From the human T2T-CHM13v2.0 reference genome, Homo sapiens: a stretch of 64,000 nt of DNA. The stretch is from NCBI RefSeq assembly GCF_009914755.1, contig NC_060928.1; one strand, given 5' to 3'. Each line of letters opens with the position of its first letter. Position 1 is the stretch's first letter. Below are positions 14,549 through 27,333 of this stretch, in pieces. Under the pieces are notes generated by a model, which worked only from the letters and a program-made list of their open reading frames with translations, was not told the DNA's origin and made no database searches. The translations under genes were made by a program, and so were the position numbers.

Positions 14549-14810
14549 ATTACTTTGTAATAATCACAAATTCTTCCTATAGAAGGAATGATACAAACAA
14601 AATGATGAACAAAACGTACATCATGTTTAATGTATCATTTATATTAATGTTAAATATTACCTTAAATCATTTTGTTCTACCATTATCTTCCCATGGATCT
14701 TCTACTCAGCCCAACAGATAGCAAACAGAAAAACTTTTGCTCTAGGGGAAATTTATTTCCAAAATTCTAAACTTACATTTGAGATGAAAGATTCTCCTTG
14801 ATTATGGGAA
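14549..14810 (+). repeat. Dispersed direct duplicate (inserted copy) of 17039-17301
   Basis: Hand alignment: 28 mismatches + 1 gap over ~262 bp (~89% identity). Confidence 0.95.
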
Positions 14811-15234
14811 AATGATTATCTTCCATCTGCTTCTATCTTCTGTCTGCTTATAATCTCTCTATATATCTACATATATAGATATATATATCTATATATCTTC
14901 TATCTGCTTATAATCTCTCTATATATATCTCTATATATATATATTCACAGAAGCAGAGGGTCAAAAAATGGAGGAGAAGGTTTGGAAGAGATCAGTGGGT
15001 ATAAAGTTACCATTTTACAGGAAGAAGTTCCAATGTTCTTTTGGACATTAGAATGACTACGGTTAACAGTAAGTTATTGTGTATTACAAAATAGCTAAAT
15101 ATGAGGCTTTCTAATATTCTTAATAGAAAGAATGCATGAGGTGATAGATACATTAACCACCCTTATTTAATCATTATACAACCTATATGTATTGAAACAT
15201 TAAGTCATATGTGATAAATATATACAATTAAAAA

Positions 15235-15366
15235 TACTACACATTAGGGACAGGGTATATAGTGCTTGGGTTAGAGGTGCACTAAAATCACCGAAATCAC
15301 CACTAAAGAACTTATCCATGTAACCAAACACCACCTGTTCCCCAAAAACCTATTTAAATAAATAAA
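15235..15366 (+). mobile_element. Short 5'-truncated L1PB-type 3' end nested in the L1MA tail
   Basis: gtgcactaaaatcaccgaaatcaccactaaagaacttatccatgtaaccaaacaccacctgttccccaaaaacctatt. Confidence 0.85.
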
Positions 15367-15754
15367 TGTGTCAATTAAATTTTTAAAAAATAAAGTTAAT
15401 TAGGAATACTTTTATTTTTGGCAAATTATATTAAATATGTAAATATATTTGTATTACTTTAATATAATTTACTTTCTTTGTGTTTAGACTATTAAAAAGC
15501 TTTTACTTATCAGCAGTAAAGTACCACTTAAAAGGGCTATTTTTATTCATTTAAAGTTTTACAAATGTATGTTATGAACATACAACCCAATTATATTAGG
15601 TTCCATCAGAAAATGTACATAAAATGTAGGGTCTTCAAAAACATGAGAATAAAAAAGAAGAACACATGAAAAAATAATTATAATAAAAATTAGAATAAAC
15701 TAAGTGTTAATTGTTACATGAAAAGGACACACAATGTGGTAAAAAAAAATCATT

Positions 15755-16145
15755 TTCTTCAAAATGTTTGCTGAGGTTTATCATGCAATAGACTTTATAG
15801 TTGAGAATAGGAAACAAATATAGCCACAGACTTCTCCTCATGAAGCTCACAGCCTCCGGATGTGGTGGACGTTTATCCAGTACTCACACAAACAGGTGTA
15901 AAGTGGCAACTAGATGAAGTCTTCTGAAGAAGTCTAGTTAGAGAGGCCACAGAAGGACTTGAAGAAGTAATGCTTGGTTTAAGAGGAAAAAGCATAAAGA
16001 ATGGAAATTAAGTGATCCAAAAAGGAAGAAGAGAAGCTTCCAAGAAGATGAAATGTTATGTTCATAAGTCCTGTGGTAAAAGGAGCACAGGAGGTCTAGA
16101 ACTAAAAGAAGAGCTTTATGGCAACTGAACATAGTAATGAGAGTG
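15755..16145 (-). mobile_element. L2 LINE fragment
   Basis: cttctcctcatgaagctcacagcct...; atgttcataagtcctgtggtaaaaggagca are L2-like motifs. Confidence 0.55.
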
Positions 16146-17038
16146 AGTTAAGTATTTAAATATTTAAAATAAGTTGTTATCTATGGAAACTCATCTTGCC
16201 CTATCAAAAACAGCTCTTTTATTCCAAATCAAGATACTAGTAAGAATGAATAATTCAGACAGTATTTATGTAGAGTATTTACTTCCTATAGTTTGGTGGT
16301 CATGAGGGAAGCTCAAATGTTCCTTGGCCTAGGCACCTCTCCTTATTATAAGTTTTCTTAAAATGATATGGAAAAGAGCAATGATAAAACAGTAATATTC
16401 TATCCTCAAGTTTAAGCTGTGCTTGATATTAAACCTTAGATGAAAAACGCTCTGGTAACCAAATTGGATTAGTTGGTGGGATTCAATTTCATTTGTGCAT
16501 GTGGTTGTGATTTTTCACCCAGAGCACTTATTAACCCACTTATGTTTAAGAATAAAGCAGAATAGAACAAAGCTAGGTTTGGCCTTGAATCTTCCTACTT
16601 ACCATTTCTGTAACATGGATATTATATGGAGAACAGAGCTGGTGTCACAACCATGTATGAGACAATGAATAGAAAGTCAGCTGCTCTTTAACAGATGTGG
16701 CCCAATCAGAGTGTGGAATATCATCGATTGGACTGATATTTCCTCCTCCTGGTGAGTAGTTAGGAGTGGGTATAAGAACTTTCTTTTATCACCTTAAATA
16801 GCAGCTTGTGAAATTAGTGACTCTCAGTGTCACTGGCAAACACTACAGATAGAATAAGTAGGATATGGATTAACAAGAGGTTTAAAAGAGTTAAATATAT
16901 ACAAATATTTTTCATGGACAGTAATTAAATAGCTTGATGTAGATGTAAATGTAGATATACATGTAAACATAATGAATAAATGGTGACTCTTTACTGGTGC
17001 TGATAGAATAAGTGAATGATACTAGTTTGTGTGCAGAG

Positions 17039-17301
17039 ATTACTTTGTGATAATAACAAATTCTTCCTATAGAAGGGATGATACAAACAAAATAATGAAC
17101 AAAATATACATCATGTTTCATGTATCATCTATGTTAATGTTAAATAATATCTCAAATTTTTTTTGTTCTGCCATTATCTTCCCATGGGTCTTCCACCCAG
17201 CACAACAGATAGCAAACAGAAAAACTTTCGCTCTAGGGGAAGTTTATTTCCAAAATGCTAAACTCACATTTAAAATGAAAGATTCTCCTCAATTATGTGA
17301 A
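17039..17301 (+). repeat. Presumed donor copy of the 14549-14810 duplication
   Basis: Same alignment; continuous with ordinary non-scrambled flanks. Confidence 0.95.
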
Positions 17302-18247
17302 CAGAATAAATAAGAGCCATGTGCAGTGCCCTGAACACAAGGTGCATGGACTTTTTTTCTGAGATCTCAAGAATTACATAGAATATGAGAAAAACAAAAA
17401 ACAAAAAACATTTATGGCAAGAAGCTCTATGATAAAGGTAGTTTAAGAAAAGAGAGACGTAGAAATATCAAAGCTACCAGAAATGAAAGTTTACAAAAAC
17501 AATGGCTATGATTGAATAGCTTTTGATATAGACAGAAAACCTCACAGAGAAGCCACTGTTCACATCAACTCTACCCATCTAGGCCTTGACATTAAGATCA
17601 CGTAGCTGTGGCCCAACCACAGTCATAGAGGATAATAAGAAGGACTGAGATCAAGCATTCTTTCAGAATATCCAAAAGGAAGCTTGGAGTAAAAAACTAA
17701 CATGCATATCTGAGTTTGAGTATTATGATTCATCCTTATTTCTACACAGAAAAGGAGCACTCGGAAAGCAAAAATTCAGAATGAAACTTGCTGCAAATAA
17801 TAAGAATATCATTTTAACTATATATATAAGAAAAATATCACTTTTATTTATGTGCCAAGCTGGAAGGATAATTCAATGGGGATGCTGACTCCATAGCAGA
17901 AAGGAGATAGTGCACTTATTGGCATATAGCTGTAGACAATATCATTTCAGACAGCAGCAGGTGGGAAAAGGTATGAGGGAAGGGAACCATCCTGTTCCCT
18001 TCCAGAAGTATCCTGTTGTTAATTAAAATCAGAGAAAGTAGATACTGATAGATCTATTCCACTGGAGGTATGGTGTACAAAGACTTACGTTTGTCCCATG
18101 GAATGCCACCCAATTAGGGCTCCTAAATCCTCATTTTACACAAGATTGCATTTCCTGTGAAAAGAAGTTAGGTAATCTAATATTTACTGCTTTTTAATAC
18201 TGCCTCAAAAAGGAGATACGCCTTCTAAGTTCTCCTTCTATATTATC

Positions 18248-18602
18248 TGTATTAGTCCGTTTTCATGCTGCGGCAATAGACATACCCAAGACTAGGCAAT
18301 TTACAAAAGAAAGAGGTTTAATTGGAATCACAGTTCCACGTGGCTGGGGAGGCCTCACAATCATGGCAGAAAGCAGGCAGGAGCAAGTCACATCTTAAGT
18401 GGATAGCAGCAGGCAAAGAGAGAGATTGGGCAGGGAAATTCCCCCTTACGATATCATCAGATCTCATGAAACTTAGCCGCTATCACAAGAACAGCATGGG
18501 AAAGACCTGCCCCCATGATTCCATTACCTCCCACTAGGTGCCTCCCACAACACATGGAAATTCAAGATGAGATTTGGGTGGGGACGCAGCCAAACCATAT
18601 CA
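18248..18602 (-). mobile_element. THE1 solo LTR (THE1B-like)
   Basis: tgtattagtccgttttcatgctg...gggtggggacgcagccaaaccatatca; perfect 5-bp TSD ttatc (18243-18247 / 18603-18607). Confidence 0.93.
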
Positions 18603-19155
18603 TTATCGTATAGTCATTATATATAAATTCTGTCCTTCTGATATAGTAATCCATTGGAAGATCATGCACTTCAGCATTCCCTAAGTATCACTGTCTTACC
18701 AAGTTTATTGCTTTCAAAACATCCTAAATGAAATGCTTCATTTGCAGATGCAGATAAAGTGGCTCTTCTTTAAAGGTTAGCTATGGACCTGTCTTCTGGA
18801 CCTAACAATAGCTTAAAAGACTTTAGTAGTTATTAGGTTAAATAAATCAATATTGAAGGAAATAAATGTTAAAGAGAAAATACTAGAAGTTATTGGATAT
18901 TTATTCTACCTTAGAAATAAACATATGCTCAAAAGCCCCATCAGTCACCTTTCTGCAGAACAATTTCATGTGTCACAGAACGTCAAAAATGCAAAAAGTA
19001 GTTAGGATCTGTTTTCTGTCTTCTAAAGTAAATAACTCAAAGAATTGTGTTTTTTTAGTTTATGCATGTAATTTTTCATTTTGGTTGCATTTGGTGAGTT
19101 TAAAATACTAATTATATTTGCCACAAAGTCTATTAACAACTATCTCCAAAACTTA

Positions 19156-21029
19156 CAAGCATGTCTCTTTTTTTAGCTTAACTTTATTGTACTTTGCAGA
19201 TATTATGATATTTTTTTAAAAAATTGAAAGTTTGTGACAACTCTACATCAAGCAAGTCTACCCTTATCTGACAGCACGTGCTCAATCCATGTCTTTGTGT
19301 CACATTTTGGTAATGCTCACAATATTTCAAATTTTATTATTATTATTATTATTATATTTGTTATAATGATCTATGATCAGTGGTCATTGATGCTACTGCA
19401 GTAATTTTTTGGAGGCACCATGAATTGCACCCATCTACAGTGACCAAGTTAATTATTGAATGTTGTATGTGTTCTACTCCAGTGGTGGACCATTTTCCCC
19501 CATCTCTCTGTCTGTCTCTCGCCTTGAGCCTCCCTATTCCCCAAGACACAGCAATATTAAGATGAAGCCAATTTATAACCATTCTGTAACATCTAATTGT
19601 TCAAGAGAAAGGAAGAGCCACACTTCTGTCACTTTAAATCAAAAGCTAGAAATAACTAAGTTGAATGAGGAAGCATTTCAAAAGCCCAGGTGAGCTAAAA
19701 GCTAGGCATCTTGAGCCAAGCAGTTAGTCAAGTTATGAATGCAAAGGGAAAGTTCTTCAGGGAATTTAAAGTGCTACTCCAGTGAACCCTCAATGAGAAA
19801 GCAAAACAGACTTAGTGTTGATATGGAGAAAGTTTTACTCATCTGGATAGAAGATCAAACCAGCAACAACATTCTCCTAAGCCAAAGCCTAATCCAGAGC
19901 AAGTCCATAACTGTCTTCATTATGTGAAGGCTGAAGGGTGTGAGGAATTAGGGCTGAAGTAACATTTCCAGAGGTTAACTCATGAGGTTTAAGGGAAGAA
20001 GCCATCTCCAGAACATGAAAGTGCAAGGTAAAACAATAATTGCTGAAGAAGAAGCTACAGCACATTATCCAGATCTAGCTAAAATAAGTCATAAAGCTAG
20101 GTACACTAAACAACAGATTTTTAGTGTAGATTAAATATCTTATATTGAAAGAAGATGCCACCTATGACTTTCATAGCTAGAGAGGAGAATCAAAGCTTGG
20201 CTTCAAAGGATAAGCTGATTCTCTTGTTAGGGGCCAATGCAGTCAGTGAGGTTGAAGACAATGCTCATTGACCATTCTGAAAATTCTTGGACCCTTAGGT
20301 ATTATGTTAAATTTACTCTACCTGTGCTCTGTAAATAAAACAACAAAGTTTGTATGACAACACTTTTGTTTATAGCATGGCTTATTTAGTATTTTAAGCC
20401 CACTGTTGAGACCTACTGCTCAGAAAATGTTTTTAAATGACTTCTTTCAAAATATTTCTGCTTATTGACAAAGCATCTGGTCCTCCAAGAGCTTTGATGA
20501 AGATTTACAAGGAAATTAATCTTCTTTTCATGCCTGCTACCACAACATCCATTCTGTAGCCCATGAATCAAGGAATTATTTTGACTTTCAAGTCTTATTT
20601 AAGAAATACGTTTTGTAAGGCTATAGCTGCCATAGATAGTGATTCTTTTAATGGATCTAGACCAAGTAAATTAAAAGCTTTCTGGAAGGGATTCACTATT
20701 CTAGATGTCATTAAGAACATTCAGGATTCATTGGAAGGGATAAAAATAGCAACTTAACAGTAGTGTGGAAGAAGTTGATTCTAACCCTCGTGGATAAATT
20801 TGAGGGATTCAAGACTTCAGTGGAGGAAGTGACTGTGGAAATTGCAAGAGAACTAGAATTAAAAGTAGGCCTTGAAGATGTGATTGAATGGCTGCAATCC
20901 CACAATAAAACTTGAACAAATGAAGAGTTGCTTTTTATGGATGAACAAAGAAAGTGGTATCTTAAAATAATATCTACTCCTGGAGAAGATGTTGTGAACA
21001 TTGTTGAAAGAGGAATTAAGGATTTAGAA
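19156..21029 (+). mobile_element. Tigger1 DNA transposon (pogo/TcMar), 3'-truncated, decayed transposase
   Basis: TA then caagcat... left end; transposase remnants [71 protein letters not shown]...[18 protein letters not shown] in broken frames; no right TIR seen. Confidence 0.93.
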
Positions 21030-21165
21030 AGTGAGGTCCAGAAACTAGCACTACGTACATCAACTAGATTTAATAGAAATGCAGAGTTTTGGGGCTACTG
21101 AAGACCTGTTGAATAATAATCTTCGTTTTTAACAAGGTCCACAGTTGAAAGTTGAAAAACACTTA
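21030..21165. mobile_element. MER5-like hAT-Charlie MITE fragment
   Basis: tagaaatgcagagttttgggg...gacctgttgaataataatct...tttttaacaaggtcc...aagttgaaaaacact. Confidence 0.6.
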
Positions 21166-21289
21166 TACATTAATATTTTTGGCATATCAATGCAAACTGT
21201 GGTTTTTCCATTCCTCAGTCTAGGCTTCAATTTGTGACATACTGTGTTTCTCTGTTATCCTTTTTATATCACGGAGTAATTATCACATA

Positions 21290-21620
21290 CAAGCATTCTT
21301 CTGGGTTCTATAAATGCAACAGAATATAAACAAAATACTCTGCTCTTATAAACCTTAATGTTCTCAAGTAGAAGGACGTGACTAAACACACTATATAAGT
21401 AAAACATTTAGTTTGTTAGGTGGTGACATATTAAGCAAAGTATTTTGTACAAAAGAGAGAGAGAAATGGCGACTGCAATTTTAGATAGGGTAGCTAAGGA
21501 AATTATTACTAAAAGGATGATATTTTAAGAAATTCCTGTAGAAAGTGAGACAGCAAGCTAAATGGATATCTGAGAGAGAGAAGAAATAAATGTGATGAAC
21601 TCTTTGATAGTAAGCTTAGT
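21290..21620 (-). mobile_element. L2 fragment
   Basis: aaacaaaatactctgctcttataaacctt...; ttttagatagggtagctaaggaa. Confidence 0.55.
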
Positions 21621-21759
21621 ATCCATGATTAATTCTACCTACTAGGGCAGATAAGTTATAATATAAAATATTAGAGAAATTGCTCTTATTTGAGTGACTA
21701 TTAATTGCAGTTATTGTGTTAACTAATTTTTATATATTATTTCCTTCAGTTACCATGAC

Positions 21760-21900
21760 AACTTTATTGGGTAAACATCTAGAGGAAACTAAGCCTCAGA
21801 GAAGTTAAATAACTTGCCAAATTTCACACAGCCTGAAATAGATGAGTTAGCATCTAAATGCAAGTGCATCTGTCTCAAAAGCTTCTGCTCTTTACTTCTC
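21760..21900 (-). mobile_element. MIR fragment
   Basis: gaggaaactaagcctcagagaagttaaataacttgccaaatttcacacagc. Confidence 0.75.
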
Positions 21901-24900
21901 TGTTTGCAGTCCCGTCACAACCAGTATCATACTGAATCTGGTACCAAACAGAAAGCCAATTTTCTGATAAGTTGCAAAGTATGATTATAAAATGAGTCAA
22001 GAAAATTCTTACTGACTTCAATCATTTCCAGAGCATATAGAAGATAAATAAATGATCTAAATATAACACTAATTGTGTTATCATTTTTTGTCAGAAATTT
22101 GTGCATTGCAGTGCAAGAAGAATCAGTTGGAGCATTTTTATTGCCAAACATTTTGTTACTTCTCTACACCATGGTTTCAGATTCATTAAATCAGTTTTGT
22201 GGCTCGGGGATTTGTTTTATAAGCAAAAGTTTTATAAGCGATTCTGATACACAATAAATATATAATAATCACTCGGGTTAACTTTTTTAAAGGACCTGAT
22301 CAAAATGACCTAAAAGCAATTTCACCTGAGGGGAAATTAACTTATGTAAGATGAGTTGGGATTCTGGCTTGCATTATTTTCTTTTAAGGACAATACATCT
22401 GCTGATAAATACGCTAAATTACCTTTGTAAACTATCAACTCTGACCTAGGTAGTGTGCAATTTCCTTTGCAGTGTGTTTCCAGATAGTGCCTACTGGACA
22501 ATATCAATCTTACAAATTGCATTCACCACATGTTATTTGAAAGGATATGTGAATGCGACCAAGGAATAAGAATGATTCTGCACATTGGAAAGAGAATTAA
22601 CAGGAGTTTGGTAGAACTAAACTCTCTATAGCAAAGTTTAAATGTATTAAGCATCTATTTGCTCTACTTAATGTATTCAATTGCTTAAGTGTCTTAATTT
22701 TTAAAAATCTATATGACATGATTTATATTTTATGGAGCACTCTGTCACTTCTGATTGCGTTTGAACTTTTAAGTAAAAGTTCTTGAGGAAAAATCTGCTT
22801 TAATATAAATTCACTTTGTGAATGACAACTTGACAAGAAATATCAGAATTGTGAAGTTTTGAGGATACTGTCACAAAGACTATCTTTGAAACTAGACAAA
22901 CAATAGTGATATTATAAAGAAGGTCACTTACTGTGATTTTTGGAATTAAAACTTATCCAAGAGTATACACTTCTACCATGTATAGTGAAAGCAATTTATT
23001 GCTGCTTTTCAGTATTGGAAAAGAAAAAGTTCATGCTGTCATTGATTGACCTTTAAAAAGAAAAATGTAGCTGGCTTATGGGTAATAAGAAAGCAATATT
23101 TTTTTGCTACCTTTACAAGTAGATTCTTCATTTTTGTCTGTTGCTTAGTTTTTCCATAATTCTATTATAATTTGATTGGATAAACCAATCAATGCCAATT
23201 CATATTATCATATGGATATACAAGGCTTTTGGTGCAATACTTTTTACACTGCAAATCTTTAAGAAAAAATAGGTGAGGAGATTTTTAAAAATTTGAATCA
23301 TTACTTTTTATCATTTGATTAAACCTTATGCATAAAATAAAATAATTTTTATCATTTGTTGTTTTATAAAATGAAAAACTTAATTGTAAAAGTGCAATAC
23401 TCTTGGATATCTTTGTAGTTATTAACAGTGACTTTCTATTGTTCCACTTTGGTAAAAAAATATAATTATATCACATAAAGACAGTGATTGATACAAATGT
23501 TTATCTGATAAATGATCACAGTCATGGTCAGTTTTTATAATTGGATAAGAAAAGATTATAATAGAAGTATGGCTTTTTTTATTCAATATTATCCCAAAAT
23601 TTCTTCTCTCTTTTATGTTCATATTTTGATCTTCACATCTTTTGTTATACCATACGGTCTATGGAATACTAAATAAGAAAAATTACTCAATTATGCCATG
23701 CTACCTACCTTATGATATTTTCTGAAGACCAATTTAGCTTTAAATTCATCTGGTTACATTAGTCATTGTAATATGTTACTATTATGGTTTTATCTTCCAT
23801 AAATTAGCTGTTTTTACAAATAGAATGTCAAAGGTATTTATTTCTTGAACACTAATTTTACTTGTACAATTTTGTTCTCTATTCCTTGGCTCTTCTGGTT
23901 CAATTTGCTTTTTGAAATTTAGGGCTATGAGTTTAGTGAGCTTTTAGCATAATGAAGAGGACATTTAAAAATATAAACCTAATGCTTAAAATATTTACAC
24001 TAGTCAATGTCAAATAAATGTACTTCATTTCATTTTTAAAATTAGGATTTAATGATGATATATTTAATGATGATATCTTCCACATCTTAATTTGTGCCTG
24101 TTGGTATAGAACCATTCAATGCTAGATTCTTTTTCAAAAGCTCTAATAGATTTTAAGTTTAAGTGAATTGAGTTAAGCTTGAGTTAATTCTTTTGAAAAC
24201 ATTGCCCTTTCTTTAAAAACTGAAATGTAAGCATTTTCTTATATCTTATTTACATTTCATGTTATTATGTGATTTATATTTTAATGTTCCTCCTTTTAAG
24301 TTCTGTAAATCGCTCTGTTATTGACAGCTATAGACACAGCTTTTACTGCAGCTAATATTCAATGGCCTGTACCTCCCAATCCAAGAGGCCTCCATAGATT
24401 ATGTTGATCATAGCAGCCTTCTATGACAGGCAGCATCTCCTTCTTAGTTTATTCAAATGTCACTATCAAGGCCAAGGTGTAAATTGTATAGGGCACTCAA
24501 TCCCAAAGTTAAAAAGCCACCTAAAAGATAATACTTTGATTTGCCTATGTAATTAGGCACGACATGTTCCACTTAGTACCTATAATCTAGGACTGCCTTG
24601 GGAACACTTTTCTTTATATATGCCTTCTATTTCCCTTCTGTATTATGGAAAGATAAATGGTGAAAGAGAGTTCGTATGGGCATGGTTGTTTTGGCATCTA
24701 CCTGTGGTCCATCTTTCTACAGGCTATCTATGGGAGACAGATTTTTATAATAGCCTATTTAGAGACTTTCAACACAATTTCAAAGGTACACATTGGCACA
24801 TAACTTTATATCAGGCTGAAATGTTAGCAACATCTTTATTAGAGAATGGCAAGTAATATTATTTGTAGTAATAGATAAATTCTAATATTTCCATGGGTTA

Positions 24901-24929
24901 TCTCAATAAAAATGTGTTTCCCATTTAAT

Positions 24930-25200
24930 ACTTGGTTCTATGTGCTTTGGAAGATAAGGCATCCAGGGGCCCAGGGCTTTGGTCTACACAGGGCCAGGCT
25001 TTTACCACCTTGCATTCCACCCTCCTAAATGTGTTTAATGACCTCTTCAATCAGGCAACAGTGAATAAAAAAGAGTCAGGTTTGTAGGAAAGACGTTTTT
25101 GTGGGACAGTTCTAAAAGTGACACATCACATTCTATTGATCATAGAAACTTAGCCAGATGGTCACACCTAGGAATTAGAAATACGATACCGTTCAGCCAA
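24930..25200 (-). mobile_element. Ancient MLT1-class LTR remnant
   Basis: aaaagtgacacatcacattctattgatcatagaaacttagccagatggtcacaccta. Confidence 0.45.
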
Positions 25201-27333
25201 GTACCCGTTTTATTTTTATGGACCATTTCTATAAAGTACTGGGAATCTCTGTTTGGGGTTTTATAGATAAATTTTCTATATGGCATATATGTTTATATAA
25301 TTTTTATGTCCTTCTTTAACTCTGTTCAGGTTTAACCAGGTCTCTTGATATCTGTTAAAAACAATTTAAAGACTTGAATTTATTTCATTTTTTTTCTACT
25401 AAGCAATCACTATTATGTGGTAACGTTATATACTTTTATCTTACTTTTTAATCTAAAATTCAATTCTTTAATACAGAAAATTCTTTAAAAGTTTGAAGTT
25501 TTTTACTCTCCTTTTTTTTTCCTACGAGATGAATTATAGGACCGAAAAAAAAGAGGTAGAATGGAGTTTCTATGTCTACCAAAAACAAATTTCTAGTAAA
25601 AATTGGTATAAATTGGGTGAAGTGCCCTTTATGAAAAAGCTTCCAGGGAGAAAAATTCTTGTAATTGTCCCTCAGGGAGCATTGAAGTGTAATTACATTT
25701 TTTTAGTTTGTCCCATCTTGGAGGAGTGTGTAAAAACTAGGATGGAGAGGTGGAAACTCAAACACCCAGTCACTCTCCTCTGCCTCTGCATTTTCTTTGT
25801 GTTGAAGAAAGTGGCTCTGCAAGCCTAAAAGAACAATGATTAGAAGCAAAATGCAGGCATCTTGGGACTTACAGATGAGCACGCAGAAGCAGTAAATGGA
25901 TCCAACAATTACTTCTTGATTCCCAAACACACATAGGAGCTGCTTCTTCTGTGTTGAAGGAAGAAATTCTGCAGCAATCTGCTTATTAATTGGTCCTCGA
26001 AGACAGCAAATAGGTCTCAATTGTTTTTACCCACCGTGCCTCGCCCAGTACAAGACATATAGTAAATGCTAAGTAAACATATGCAGACTAGATGAAAACA
26101 CAGACATACAAAATTCAAAAGATATGATTAATAAAGCTTTCCAAAATACCTAATTTACACATCAGAAACTTTTGAATCAAATATTATGTTTGTACTTATC
26201 GTCTACCAAGTAAGTCTCACATCGTATTAGTATTTAATCAAAAGAAAATACAGTGATTTTTTTTTCTACATGTTCTTGTATCTCTTCTGTACTAGACTCT
26301 CCTGTGGATTTCAAAGATTTGCACAGCAGTGACAGAGACGGATGAAAGATACTTATCAAAATAATATTTTATAATTTTATGTTCTTAATTCAAACTCAGA
26401 AGTGGAAACAAGTAAAAGAGAGAAGGAACACTATCATTCTCCTACATCAATTTTCAGTGTAGCAAATAAGTAATTTTCCACAATTATCTTTACCTTCTTG
26501 TACTTCAATGAGTTTTTTTTTTCTTTTTTTTTTTGGAAGAGAAGATTAACCAGTTGTTCAACATGCATTTTTGTTAATTCATAAAACATGGTCTGCAATT
26601 TAATATGCATCAAACACTTAAAGTGTATTAGGGTTTCAAAAAACATGCAGTAACTTATTCTGTTTTTCCTTTGCTTCCTTAATTTTTTCTTCATCAATTA
26701 CCTTCCTTCTCTTTCTTCTCTTCTTCTCATTCAAAAGGTACATGTATGTAGATTATATATAATATAAAACCAATAAAAAGCATGTTAAACCTAAACTATC
26801 TTCACTAGAAAGTTTATAATGCCAATTTTTAAGCCTGTGAGAAGTAACTGCAACTATTTCTATTTTTCTTTCTTACTTTCAGACAAGGGGGAAACCCAGC
26901 ATTTCAATGCTGTGAATGTAAATGTTGACTTAAACTTTTCTGATTAGCATTTTTGAATCCCACATTTGCCTTCACATATCGATAATGCAGACATTTGCCT
27001 TTTGATAAGTTATCTGTAAAAATGTATACACAATAATCATGGTATATATTTATTAACGATTTTATTTATTTAGCCCGACATTTGGCATAGAGCTGGGAAA
27101 AGAGGAAAATTTTGCTTCAAGATACATCTACAGAATTACTTTAGTAAGAACTTATTATGTCAAAATAAAATTGTTTAGTAATTTTGTGGATATTTTCAGG
27201 CATTGTAAACTTAAGATAATTATAAGAGGCTTGAGAAAGAAAAAAATAATGGATTTGGTAACTGGTCATTGACAAAATTCCCTTTAAATTTAAAATGGAG
27301 ACTTATAGAAATTATTTCTTAGTACCAGACAAT

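Larger units (their letters stand above)
12245..15393 (+). mobile_element. Old L1 (L1MA-like): 5' UTR + partial ORF1 joined directly to ORF2 C-terminus + 3' UTR
   Basis: aagatggctgaatag 5' start; GC-richer 5' UTR to ~13450; degenerate ORF1 (aacagactagatcagcagaagaaa); ORF2 end (ORF 14102-14284 ICTFMFIIALCTIAK...DEWIKKMWYTYTMDYYS); 3' UTR to the A-rich tail. Confidence 0.85.

Noticed and set aside
17029-17313. 94-aa ORF coinciding with the donor of the duplication
   Set aside because: It has a GTG start and no recognisable homology, and the copy has an indel. The copy lacks poly-A and TSD, so it is not a processed pseudogene.
19460-21001. Functional TIGD-like transposase gene
   Set aside because: Fragmented over several frames with stops; it is a decayed Tigger1 copy.
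26860-26920. Strong splice acceptor tttttctttcttactttcag (similar one near 32809)
   Set aside because: No convincing downstream donor or coding frame; isolated acceptors are common in AT-rich DNA.
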